NCBI GenBank assembly: GCA_963674785.1
Contig: OY771555.1
Coordinates: 704,001-768,000 of the forward strand
Origin: Caldisericia bacterium
Lineage (GTDB): Bacteria; Caldisericota; Caldisericia; JAAYUI01
DNA: 64,000 nt
Direction of reading: 5' to 3'
Shown here: piece by piece, positions 20,031 to 29,282 of the stretch
Layout: each line of letters starts with the position of its first letter
Numbering within the stretch: position 1 is the first letter of the stretch
The notes under the pieces: generated by a model
The model's input: the letters and a program-made list of their open reading frames with translations, nothing else
What the model was told of the DNA's origin: nothing
The model's database searches: none
Program-made: the position numbers and the translations under genes

Positions 20031-20796
20031 CCCATTCGAAAAAACACAAACCGTCAAAAGAAAAAGTGCAACTCAAACATATATCATTCTTGTTGCAATT
20101 CTTGTCATTGTTTCATTAGTCACCAGCACTGTTTTTATTGTAAAAATACCGGAGGGTGAGATGGGTTTAATATTAAAAAATGGATATCCCATCTACACAA
20201 TTGAATCCGGTTCGAGTTTCGTAAATCCATTATATCGAGTAGTTAGATTTGAAGTCGAAACTCAAAGATTTTCATCAAGAATCGTAAAAAAACTGTCTGA
20301 TGGGACTCAATTGCTATTTGATTTTGATATTGATTACAAAGTAAACACAGAATACTTAGCAGATATTTTTTTAGAAATGGAAAAAGAAAACACTAAAATA
20401 GACAGCTATATTGAAGAAGGTTTTGATGAAATATTGGAAAAAGTATTTGATGAGTTTTCAGATGATAATTATGTAAACAGCATCGAAGAAATTGAAAATA
20501 GCCTCGAGGAAAGACTGCATGAGTTTTCAAAAAGAGTCGCCAACAAAAGATTTTACTTCATTGATGAACCTTTCTCGATTTCACATCTCTCCAAGCCAAG
20601 CGAGACCAATAGAAGTTGCACTGAGAGGATTGTTGAAGTAGATATGTTTGGAAAACTGAGAAAGGCATATGAACTAAGATGTAATAAAAGCACAGCTCAA
20701 TACTATTATTTTGATTATATAATCAAAGATATCCATGTGAAGATTAATCAAGATTACAGTTTAAATTCCACCCGTTTTTGGAAGAGCCAAAAATGA
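20014..20796 (+). CDS. Divergent SPFH paralog 5
   Basis: TM, IPEGEMGLILKNG..GSSFVNP, LSDGTQLLFDFDIDYKVN, shared insertion. Confidence 0.78.
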   Translation: MTEEFDPFEKTQTVKRKSATQTYIILVAILVIVSLVTSTVFIVKIPEGEMGLILKNGYPIYTIESGSSFVNPLYRVVRFEVETQRFSSRIVKKLSDGTQLLFDFDIDYKVNTEYLADIFLEMEKENTKIDSYIEEGFDEILEKVFDEFSDDNYVNSIEEIENSLEERLHEFSKRVANKRFYFIDEPFSISHLSKPSETNRSCTERIVEVDMFGKLRKAYELRCNKSTAQYYYFDYIIKDIHVKINQDYSLNSTRFWKSQK

Positions 20797-21563
20797 CAAA
20801 ACCAGGGAATCCTGTTAAAGCAATTGTTATTTGGTCACTAGTGATATTTTTTTGTATTGGTGGATTTATCTATTTCAGTCTTGAGGGAGTCCCAGAGGGA
20901 TACAGGGGGCTTGTGGTTGCAAAATCAAATGACAGCGTAATAAGGATTCTTGAGCCGGGATTGCATTTTGTGTGGCCATTTGGACGTAATGTTTTTGATG
21001 TTGACATGAGAATGAAGAATGATTCATATTCGGTTGTCGCGAAAACAAAAGATAAAGAAGAGATATATGTTACAATTGGGATTAAAAGATCAATCAACCC
21101 TAATTATTATGAGTTATACTATCAAAGATATGTTAGCATGGAATCAGCAGAAATCATCTATCATGATGTGTGGTTCAAAATCTCGAATGCTACTGAAAGA
21201 GTTTTTAGGAACTATGATTTCAATTTGTTAAGCGACCCACAAATAAAAGAGGAAATTGAAAATAAAATCCTGAAACTCACCAATGAAGAATTTGAATGTG
21301 CAATGGTTTTTGTCGATACAAAACATGAAGATGCAAAAGTTGTGCAAGTATTAGATACTGCTGAAGCGAATATCTCAAGGGCAATTTATTCGGACACAAG
21401 AGAGATTTTTGGTGAGAGAAAAGAAGCTTACGTGCTTGAAACAATTGGCTCATCTTACGAAAAGTTTTTTGTCTTTGATAATATTGTAATTATCAATGCT
21501 GCAGAGATAACCAAGATTGAGCTTTATGATGAGCTGAGAAATAAAACTGGGATTGAGGACTAA
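20793..21563 (+). CDS. SPFH paralog 6
   Basis: TM, VPEGYRGLVV..LEPGLHFVWPF..VDMR, AKTKDKEEI; ATG 20793 overlaps the previous stop. Confidence 0.85.
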   Translation: MTKPGNPVKAIVIWSLVIFFCIGGFIYFSLEGVPEGYRGLVVAKSNDSVIRILEPGLHFVWPFGRNVFDVDMRMKNDSYSVVAKTKDKEEIYVTIGIKRSINPNYYELYYQRYVSMESAEIIYHDVWFKISNATERVFRNYDFNLLSDPQIKEEIENKILKLTNEEFECAMVFVDTKHEDAKVVQVLDTAEANISRAIYSDTREIFGERKEAYVLETIGSSYEKFFVFDNIVIINAAEITKIELYDELRNKTGIED

Positions 21564-21804
21564 CATGAACAAATACCTAAAAGCAGTCATAATTTTTGTG
21601 CTGTGTTTCGTGGCACTCTTTTTGATTTTGAAGTTGACATACAAGCTTCCGAAGGAGTTTGAAAATATAAGAATCTTTGACAAGCTTGGAGACTCACTTG
21701 ATGAACTTGAAAACTCAAGCAACACAAGATTTGATGGGTATGATTTTACTGAAGCACTCAAGGTGCTTGAAGGAATGAATAAAGGAAATGACTGAAGAAT
21801 TTGA
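21564..21804 (+). repeat. 241-bp direct repeat, copy 2
   Basis: Near-identical to 19790-20030. Confidence 0.95.
21565..21795 (+). CDS. Small single-TM protein (copy B)
   Basis: Differs from 19791-20021 at only three residues. Confidence 0.7.
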   Translation: MNKYLKAVIIFVLCFVALFLILKLTYKLPKEFENIRIFDKLGDSLDELENSSNTRFDGYDFTEALKVLEGMNKGND

Positions 21805-21997
21805 ACTGTTTGAGGAGGCAGGGAATAAATCTCACACTGGATTGAAGATATTTTTTGTGTTGGTTGTTTTGGTAGTGGCTGTGATTTTTATTGTCTCAAT
21901 CTTCAAAAATGCGACAGCAACAAAGAATTCTCATCCTTTCGATTATGATTTTACAGAGAGAATCGAAAAAATCTTAGAGGAGTTTGAAAACAAATGA
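21788..21997 (+). CDS. Small single-TM protein related to SPFH-paralog termini
   Basis: 69 aa; MTEEF start as in 20014, TM, then DYDFTERIEKILEEFENK; overlaps both neighbours. Confidence 0.65.
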   Translation: MTEEFELFEEAGNKSHTGLKIFFVLVVLVVAVIFIVSIFKNATATKNSHPFDYDFTERIEKILEEFENK

Positions 21998-23031
21998 AAA
22001 TCGAAAAACTAGACATACCAAATCTGACAGAAATCGAATGGCAAGAGCTTTATGATTTTACGGCTGAACTATTTGCTGAGCTCTATCCCCATGAATCTAG
22101 TATATCTTTGGATTATGTAAAGAGGATTTTTAGTGAAACCTATGATGATACAGTTTGTGAACAGTATGTCACAAAAAAAGATGATAAGATTATCGCAAAA
22201 GTCAGATTTGCTTTCACAAAACCAAATGCACTCACAAAGGAAGGTGATATCGACAATGTTTTTATTGATATAAGAGTTAGAAAAGATTACAGAAGAAAAG
22301 GATTTGCCACACATCTTCTTTCATATGTCTTGAAAGAAAAACTTCATGAAAGGCATAAAAAAATATATCTTTCTGCAAGTGGAAGTCCGGGATATGAGTT
22401 TTGTGCAAGTTTTGATGGCAATATTTCTGGTGAGAGTTTTTCAAGCAGACTCTTCTTTGATAAAACCGACTGGGAAAATATCGAGAAAATAAACTCTAAA
22501 TCCAAAGAAAAATCACATGAAATCACGGCTATTGTTACTGATGGAGTAAACAGGGAGTCTGAATCCGAATACTTTGATATTTACTTAGAGATGTTTGAGG
22601 AACTGTCAAAATATAGAGAGGATGACCATTTCAATAAAGAACTCACCAGAAAACGGCTCAAGGAGGATAAAGAAAAAGAGAAAAAGGAAGGCATAAAATG
22701 TTTTGTGTCCTGGGCAAGAGATGAAAATGGAAACCTTATTGGAATATCAGAACTTTTATTATCTCCTGACAATCCAAAAAAACTTACCACCTCTTTGACA
22801 GGTGTTACCAAAAAACATAGAAAAAAAGGTCTCTGTTTGCGCATGAAAACAGACTTACTTCTTTACGCAAAAAAGAATTTGCCTGAAGTAAAATATGTTT
22901 GGACATCAAATGACAAAGACAATGCAGTGATGAGGGGGATCAACCACAAGCTTGGGTTCGTAGCAGAAAATCCTTACAGGGCATATGTATATAAAACTGA
23001 AGAGATGAAAAAGAAACTGGGAATCTTATGA
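21994..23031 (+). CDS. Tandem (two-domain) GNAT acetyltransferase 1
   Basis: VRKDYRRKGFAT and TGVTKKHRKKGL acetyl-CoA motifs; NDKDNAVMRGINHKLGF. Confidence 0.9.
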   Translation: MKIEKLDIPNLTEIEWQELYDFTAELFAELYPHESSISLDYVKRIFSETYDDTVCEQYVTKKDDKIIAKVRFAFTKPNALTKEGDIDNVFIDIRVRKDYRRKGFATHLLSYVLKEKLHERHKKIYLSASGSPGYEFCASFDGNISGESFSSRLFFDKTDWENIEKINSKSKEKSHEITAIVTDGVNRESESEYFDIYLEMFEELSKYREDDHFNKELTRKRLKEDKEKEKKEGIKCFVSWARDENGNLIGISELLLSPDNPKKLTTSLTGVTKKHRKKGLCLRMKTDLLLYAKKNLPEVKYVWTSNDKDNAVMRGINHKLGFVAENPYRAYVYKTEEMKKKLGIL

Positions 23032-24065
23032 ACATTGAAAAACTAGACATACCAAAACTATCAGAATTAGAATGGCAAGAGCTTTATGATTTTACGGCGG
23101 AATTATTTGCTGAGCTTTTCCCGGGCGAGACAAATATAAACCTGGACTATGTAAAACGGGTTTTCAATGATACTCATGATGATTTTGTTAATGACCACTA
23201 CATAATAAAAGAAGGAAACAAGATTATTGCCAAAGCGAGGTTTTCCTATGCCAAACCAACCTCATTAACAAAAGAAACTGATACCGATAATGTCAACATT
23301 GATATCAGGGTCAGAAAACAGTATCGAAGGAAAAAGCTTGCTACAGGGCTACTCTCATATCTGTTGATGAATCAATTTCTCGGAAGACATAAGAGGGTTT
23401 ATCTTTCTGCAAGTGGAAGTCCTGGATATGAATTTTGTGATAATTTTGATGGCAAGGTAACGTTTGAAAGTTTCGAAAGCAAACTCTTTTTTGACAAAGC
23501 TGACTGGGCAAATATTGAAAATCTTAATAGTCAAGCGAAGGAAAAATCAAAAGAGATGACAGTTGAAATCACAGAAGATATAAATCCCGAAAATGAATCT
23601 GAATATTTCAATATTTTCTGTGATATGTTTGAGGAGCTCTCAAAAAATCATGTAGACTGGATATTCAATCGAGAGTATACAATGAACAATCTTCGTGAGT
23701 CTAGAAAAAAGGAAAAGGCTGATGGTATAAAAACACTTATTGCATGGACAAGAGACAAAAAAGGTAGGTTGATAGGGATTTCCGAGCTTATATTTTCTCA
23801 GGATAGAAAAGAAAAGCTTATCACTTCACTTTCTGGTGTTGTGAAGGAACATCGAAAAAAAGGCCTCTGTATGCGTATGAAAACGGATTTGCTTCTTTAT
23901 GCAACAAAGTATTTGCCTGATGCAAAGTTTGTGTGGACAGAAAATGATAAAGGCAATGATTCTATGAGGGGAATAAATGCTAAACTTGGATTTGTGCCGG
24001 ATGAGCCATCTAGATCATATCTTTACAAAACTGATGAGCTGAAAAAGAAACTGGGAATCTTATGA
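23028..24065 (+). CDS. Tandem GNAT acetyltransferase 2
   Basis: Paralog of 21994; VRKQYRRKKLA, GVVKEHRKKGL, MRGINAKLGF. Confidence 0.9.
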   Translation: MNIEKLDIPKLSELEWQELYDFTAELFAELFPGETNINLDYVKRVFNDTHDDFVNDHYIIKEGNKIIAKARFSYAKPTSLTKETDTDNVNIDIRVRKQYRRKKLATGLLSYLLMNQFLGRHKRVYLSASGSPGYEFCDNFDGKVTFESFESKLFFDKADWANIENLNSQAKEKSKEMTVEITEDINPENESEYFNIFCDMFEELSKNHVDWIFNREYTMNNLRESRKKEKADGIKTLIAWTRDKKGRLIGISELIFSQDRKEKLITSLSGVVKEHRKKGLCMRMKTDLLLYATKYLPDAKFVWTENDKGNDSMRGINAKLGFVPDEPSRSYLYKTDELKKKLGIL

Positions 24066-25105
24066 ACATTGAAAAACTAGATATTCCAAATCTGACTGAA
24101 AATGAATGGAATGAGTTGCATGATTTCACAGCTGAATTGTTTGCTGAATTTTATCCACACCAATCAAAAGTGACACTTGAATATGTGAAAGAGATTTTTA
24201 AAGAGTCTTCAAAGGACTCTTTTGCTGAACACTTTGTGGTAATGGATGGATACAATAAAATTATTGCCAAAGCGAGGTTTTCATACGCAAAACCAAGCCC
24301 TGAAACAAAAGAAAGCGACTTAGATAATGTTTTTATTGATTTCAGGGTGAGGAAACCATACAGAAGGAAGAAGCTTGCAACAGAACTTCTTTCATACCTA
24401 TTGAAAAATGAGATACTTGAAAGACACACAAGAATTCGACTTTCTGCGGGTGGGAGTCCGGGATATGAGTTTTGTGAAAGCTTTGGTGGCAAGATAACAA
24501 GTGAAAAATATGAAAGCAGTTTCTTTTTTGACGAAGCTGATTGGGAAAAAATTGAAAACCTCAACAGTGAAGCAAGAGAGAAATCAAGTGATGTTTCAGT
24601 TGTTATCACCGATGGACTTAGTAAAGAGGATGAAGCTGAATATTACGACATCTACCTGAACATGGAAGAAGAGATATTGTCAAAATATGATAAAAGTCGG
24701 GTTTTCAATAGAGACCTTATGAAAAAGGAATTTATCGAATCAAAAAAAAGCAAGGAAGCTTTGGGAATAAAATCCCTCATTGCTTGGGCAAGAGATGACT
24801 CTGGAAAGCTTGTAGGACTCTCTGAGATTTTTTCCTATCCTGATAACCCCAAGAAATTCTCAACTGATCTTACTGGTGTCATAAAAGAACACAGAAAAAA
24901 AGGGTTGTCTATACGTATGAAGACTGAGTTGCTACTTCACGTAAAGAAAAACTTCCCTCATGTAAAGTTTATTGTGACATTCAATGACAAAGACAATGCT
25001 GTGATGAGGGGAATAAATACTAAACTTGGATTTGTGCCAGATGAGCCAACCAGATCATTTCTTTACAAAACTGATGAGCTGAAAAAGAAACTGGGGATAA
25101 TATGA
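24062..25105 (+). CDS. Tandem GNAT acetyltransferase 3
   Basis: Paralog; TGVIKEHRKKGL, NDKDNAVMRGINTKLGF. Confidence 0.9.
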   Translation: MNIEKLDIPNLTENEWNELHDFTAELFAEFYPHQSKVTLEYVKEIFKESSKDSFAEHFVVMDGYNKIIAKARFSYAKPSPETKESDLDNVFIDFRVRKPYRRKKLATELLSYLLKNEILERHTRIRLSAGGSPGYEFCESFGGKITSEKYESSFFFDEADWEKIENLNSEAREKSSDVSVVITDGLSKEDEAEYYDIYLNMEEEILSKYDKSRVFNRDLMKKEFIESKKSKEALGIKSLIAWARDDSGKLVGLSEIFSYPDNPKKFSTDLTGVIKEHRKKGLSIRMKTELLLHVKKNFPHVKFIVTFNDKDNAVMRGINTKLGFVPDEPTRSFLYKTDELKKKLGII

Positions 25106-26136
25106 AAATTGAAAAAATAGTACTCGATAAAATGACAGAAAATAAATGGATTGAAATCCATGAATTCACAATAGAGATTTTTTCTGAACTCTGTCCCTAT
25201 TTGCCTACTCCATCCCTAAGAATAGTCAAAAAGGATATGGGTGGACTTCATGATTCAAAGATGAGTAATCATTTCATAATCAGGGATGATAATGGTGTTG
25301 TTGCAAAATCCAGGATTGATTACATGAAGAATTCACCTGATTTGACAGATAATGAGCTTTCATGGGCATCGGTTGATATAAGGGTCAGAAAAGATAGAAG
25401 GAGAGAGGGTCTTGCAACCTTTATGCTTTCAGATCTCCTTAAAAACGAAATATTGCCAAGACACAAAGATATATACATCTGGGCAAAGATAGAACCTGGC
25501 AGGGCTTTTCAACAGAGTTTGGGCGGAAATATCGAAAGAGAAATTTTATCTAGTCATCTTTTGTTTGATAATATAGATTGGAAAAAGATTTCTGAGATTA
25601 ATAAAAGTGCTTTTGAGAAATCATCCGATATTTCTGTGAATATCACAGAGGGGATTTCTGAAGGAATTGAATCCGAATATTTAAACCTCTTGGCTGATTT
25701 GACTGAGGAACTTTCGAAGTATATGGAGTCATGGGATTTCAATCGAGAGTTATTCATCGCTGAGAATAAGAAATGGATGAAAAAAAGAGCTGAGTTGGGG
25801 TTCAAGTCAATTGTTGCCTGGGTAAAAAACCCTGATGGAAAACTTATTGGTTTTTCAGAAGTTACACAAGGAGAAGAATTTCCCGGAAGGGTTGGCACAA
25901 GGATGACTGGAGTTTCCAAGGAATATAGGGGCATGGGTTTATGTTTGTGGATGAAAACTGATTTGTTATTTTATCTTAGAGAAAACCACCCAGAGATAAC
26001 ACTCATGGACACAGACAACGATGGTGACAACAAAGCGATCAGAGGCATCAATGACCAGCTAGGTTTCGTACCTGAAAAACCTTCGGTTTCTTATAAATAT
26101 GATGTCACTGAACTTAGGAAGAGATTGGGTTTGTAA
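25102..26136 (+). CDS. Tandem GNAT acetyltransferase 4
   Basis: More divergent paralog; VRKDRRREGLA, TGVSKEYRGMGL, IRGINDQLGF. Confidence 0.9.
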   Translation: MKIEKIVLDKMTENKWIEIHEFTIEIFSELCPYLPTPSLRIVKKDMGGLHDSKMSNHFIIRDDNGVVAKSRIDYMKNSPDLTDNELSWASVDIRVRKDRRREGLATFMLSDLLKNEILPRHKDIYIWAKIEPGRAFQQSLGGNIEREILSSHLLFDNIDWKKISEINKSAFEKSSDISVNITEGISEGIESEYLNLLADLTEELSKYMESWDFNRELFIAENKKWMKKRAELGFKSIVAWVKNPDGKLIGFSEVTQGEEFPGRVGTRMTGVSKEYRGMGLCLWMKTDLLFYLRENHPEITLMDTDNDGDNKAIRGINDQLGFVPEKPSVSYKYDVTELRKRLGL

Positions 26137-26226
26137 ACGAATCTCCAGGCTTTATCCAGCATCTTAATCCAATTGAAATAATCTCATTTATTTATATAAT
26201 TCTTTTTATATTCAAGGAGGTTGGGA

Positions 26227-28256
26227 ATGGAAAACTTCAAGAAGAGTTTGATTTGTTTCGTGACTTTGATACTTGTTTTTTCGGTTGTTTCTTGCGGTGG
26301 CATCGAACATGCAAATACACCTAAATCAGACTCGAAAAATCATACTACGAAAGCTGAAACAAGAACTCTAATTTGCAATGAAATCATATTAGATATGAAT
26401 AAACAAGTTAGCAAAGTAAATAGTATGGTTTCAAAGAAAAAAAAGGAAATAACAAAACTCATTACTTTCAGCTGGAGCAAAGATGAAGAGGCAACAGAAA
26501 AAAGCATAACTTGTGGAGCAGGGAAAAAATTACCAGTGACTTTGTATATAACAAACAACTCAACTTACTTACTTGAATTTTCAGTTACACAGAGTGATCA
26601 ATCATCCTTTGTCGATGACAAATTTATCCTCGAACCATCGGAGAAAAGGGCTTGTGATATGTATATCACATTTAATCCAGCTGAAATGAGAGGTATTACA
26701 TTCCCAAAAAAAAGTAATGATGGTAAGTATAATTTCCCACAAATTGAATTCTGTGTGTTAGAAAACAAGCATATCAAAGGAACTCTTGATATTCCCCTTG
26801 TTCTCAATATCACAAGAAATGATATTACCGAGTTTCCTATACTATGGGAGAAGGAATTTCAATATCGACCTGACAAATTGTTTTTCTTCGATGATGTATT
26901 GGTGGTTGCAGCCGTCTCAGGTGGCTTTGGAGTCTGGGATACCTACACTCTTTTTGGGCTTGATAAAAATAATCATGAGATTCTGTGGCAATATCCAAAG
27001 GACAATGAAGAATATGGTGGTCCAGATATTGCTGAGTCAATCAGTATTTCAGGGTTTCACCAAACCAAAGATTTATTATATCTTTCAAGTAATGGGATAC
27101 ATGAAGACTGGTCAACGATTATCAGCCAATGTAATGGTGATTGTGAAGGTGGAAGCAAATATAAAATGATTTCACCAGTTAGTGGTGAGGTTACCTTTGA
27201 TATAGATGCAAAAGTTTCAAAAGAAATTGCAAAACTGAAATCTGGATTTTTTGGCTTTAGTCATGCAACTATTTTTCTTGAGGACACATCTCGTTGCGAA
27301 AATAAACTTGTAATTTTTGATATAAACACAGAAGATATTATTTTCGAACTTGACTTCGGATATACACCTGAGATCAACTATTATAATGGAGAGGAATGTG
27401 TAGAACTTGTAGACATGGTGCTTATAGATGATGGCTTTGTAACCCTTGAAGATATCACAACAAATGAACTTGATCCTCTTTATTCAATGAAACTTTTTGA
27501 TCTTTTAGGTAACATTAAAGCTGAGAAAAAGTTTAAAAAATCTGGTATACTTGATTACCAAAATGGAAATCTTTTATTTTTTGAGGGGGAGCTTTGGTAC
27601 AGAGAAATTGTCTTTGAAAAAACAGTACTATCAATAACCTATTCAACAATCCATGCTCAGTAAAAAGTCTAAACAAAAAAAATCTTGGACTGGAATGGGA
27701 GTATTCTTCTGAGAGAAAAAACTGGGGGTGTGATTTTTCAAAGAATTCAATGTACGCTGACATGGAATCCTGCTATCTTGTGTCTGCTTATAATGTAATC
27801 AACATGAAGACAGGGGAAAGCTTGTGGTACAAAGAAGAATCCAAAAATTCAGACAGCTTTGTTGTTGATATGGATAGCAAGGAAATTCACATCTTTACAA
27901 AAGGACATAATGAAATCGCTCATGATTTTGTAAATATTGAAACAGGTGAGATTCTAAAAACATTTGCTAATCCATCAAGTGTAGATTACTATTCAGACTA
28001 TCCAAACTATCATCACTTAATTGGTATTTGCTCAGACGGATATTTGATTAGAGATAACAAGTGGTATGACCCTGAAACATTTTTGCTGCTTGGAACAAAT
28101 TTTGATGCAGATGGAAACCCATCCATAGTTATCGACATAAAAGATGACCACTTATATTGCATGTATCCTCCTCTGGAAAATGAAGAGAGATATGGATATT
28201 CATACCCCTATTCATATCCCAAAAAAGGCAAGCTTGTCTGTAAGAAAATCGAATAA
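26227..28256 (+). pseudogene. Lipoprotein with Ig-like and PQQ/BamB-like beta-propeller repeats, split by a frameshift near 27617-27622
   Basis: Lipobox VVSC, SD AAGGAGG; ORFs 26221-27663 and 27750-28256 join if one A is added to the A6 run; the bridging peptide SLNKKNLGLEWEY matches blade motifs GLDKNNHEILWQY and INMKTGESLWY. Confidence 0.7.
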
Positions 28257-28286
28257 TATCCATAGTTTAGATTTCGTATAAATTTC

Positions 28287-28316
28287 AAAAGTCGTGGATT
28301 CATCCCCGGCTTTTTT
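28287..28316 (+). terminator. Probable Rho-independent terminator
   Basis: AAAAGTCGTGGAT-tc-ATCCCCGGCTTTTTT after the lipoprotein gene. Confidence 0.6.
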
Positions 28317-28322
28317 ATGCCC

Positions 28323-28730
28323 TAGACCCCGGGCGGAGTACTGAGCTCGGATTATACTGAGTCTGCCGAAAGGTTGAAGTGTCAAGCCCCGGGTGACGGA
28401 GAGAGGAACCCCTGGTTGCAGCTGCGGCTGTGAAAGACAGGGGAAGGTGCTAGAAAGACTTAACCCTCCCTGATAGGGAGGGCTTTTTTGATTCGTCATT
28501 CCGTGCCCACCACGGAATCCCACTACCACGTCATTCCCGACCCCGATCGGGAATCCAGGGTTACTTTTGGTTCGGGAATTCTTATTCAGTAATTTTTGTC
28601 GAAAGAGGGATATTTGACCAGACAAAATAAATACGCTCTTTTCTGCCCTGGTTTCCAGCGTTCGCTGGAAAGACATCCTCTTACTACGTCATGCCAAGCT
28701 TGACTTGGCATCCAGGGTTACTTTAGAATC
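28323..28730. repeat. Dense REP-like palindrome cluster upstream of the GIY-YIG gene, including a ~147-bp doublet unit (28529-28675)
   Basis: CGTCATTCCGTG..CACGGAATCC, CGTCATTCCCGACCCCGATCGGGAATCCAGGG, CCCTGGTTTCCAGCGTTCGCTGGAAAGAC, CGTCATGCCAAGCTTGACTTGGCATCCAGGG. Confidence 0.88.
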
Positions 28731-28741
28731 ATAGATATATT

Positions 28742-29024
28742 ATGCAACCTGCCATATACATTCTCGCAAGCAAAAGAAATGGAACACTCTATATAGGTGT
28801 TACAAGCAATCTGGCAAAAAGAATTTGGGAACACAAAAATGATGTTGTCGACGGTTTTTCTAAGAGACATGAAACTCATATCCTCGTATATTTCGAGGTT
28901 TCCCCTGACATGGAATCAGCAATCACAAGAGAAAAAAGACTCAAAACATGGAAGAGCTTGGAAACTTGAATTGATTGAAAAAATGAATCCAACTTGGAAG
29001 GATTTGTTTGAGGAAGTGATTTAG
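28742..29024 (+). pseudogene. Small stand-alone GIY-YIG nuclease, frameshifted near 28951
   Basis: IYILASKRNGTLYIGVTSNLAKRIWEHK...AITREKRLKTW; the C-terminus RAWKLELIEKMNPTWKDL continues in another frame (one base missing). Confidence 0.9.
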
Positions 29025-29041
29025 AATTTATGTACACCAAT

Positions 29042-29166
29042 TAACCCTGGTTTCCAGCTGCAGATGTGAAAGACAGGGGAAAATGCTAGAAAGACTTAAC
29101 CCTCCCTGGTGACTTCGTCACCATCCCTCCCTATCAGGGAGGGCTTTTTTGATTCGTCATTCCGTG
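29042..29166. repeat. Repeat cluster downstream of GIY-YIG; direct repeat of 28407-28505
   Basis: Shared GTGAAAGACAGGGGAA..TGCTAGAAAGACTTAACCCTCCCTG...AGGGAGGGCTTTTTTGATTCGTCATTCCGTG. Confidence 0.88.
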
Positions 29167-29282
29167 TAGTTACTGAATCAACAGGAACAATAATCTAAAA
29201 AGAATTATTTTAAACCTTAATTTCTTCACTACTATACATTAAAAATATTGCCAGTACCCTAGTCATTCAAAGGTGAAAAATC

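Noticed and set aside
16748-26136. Integron cassette array
   Set aside because: The genes overlap, leaving no room for attC sites, and no integrase is seen
28212-28676. 154-aa minus-strand ORF
   Set aside because: It is made almost entirely of REP-like repeat sequence
28323-29166. Possible CRISPR array or classical IS element
   Set aside because: The repeats are heterogeneous and inverted, without regular unique spacers; no cas gene or DDE/HUH transposase is present
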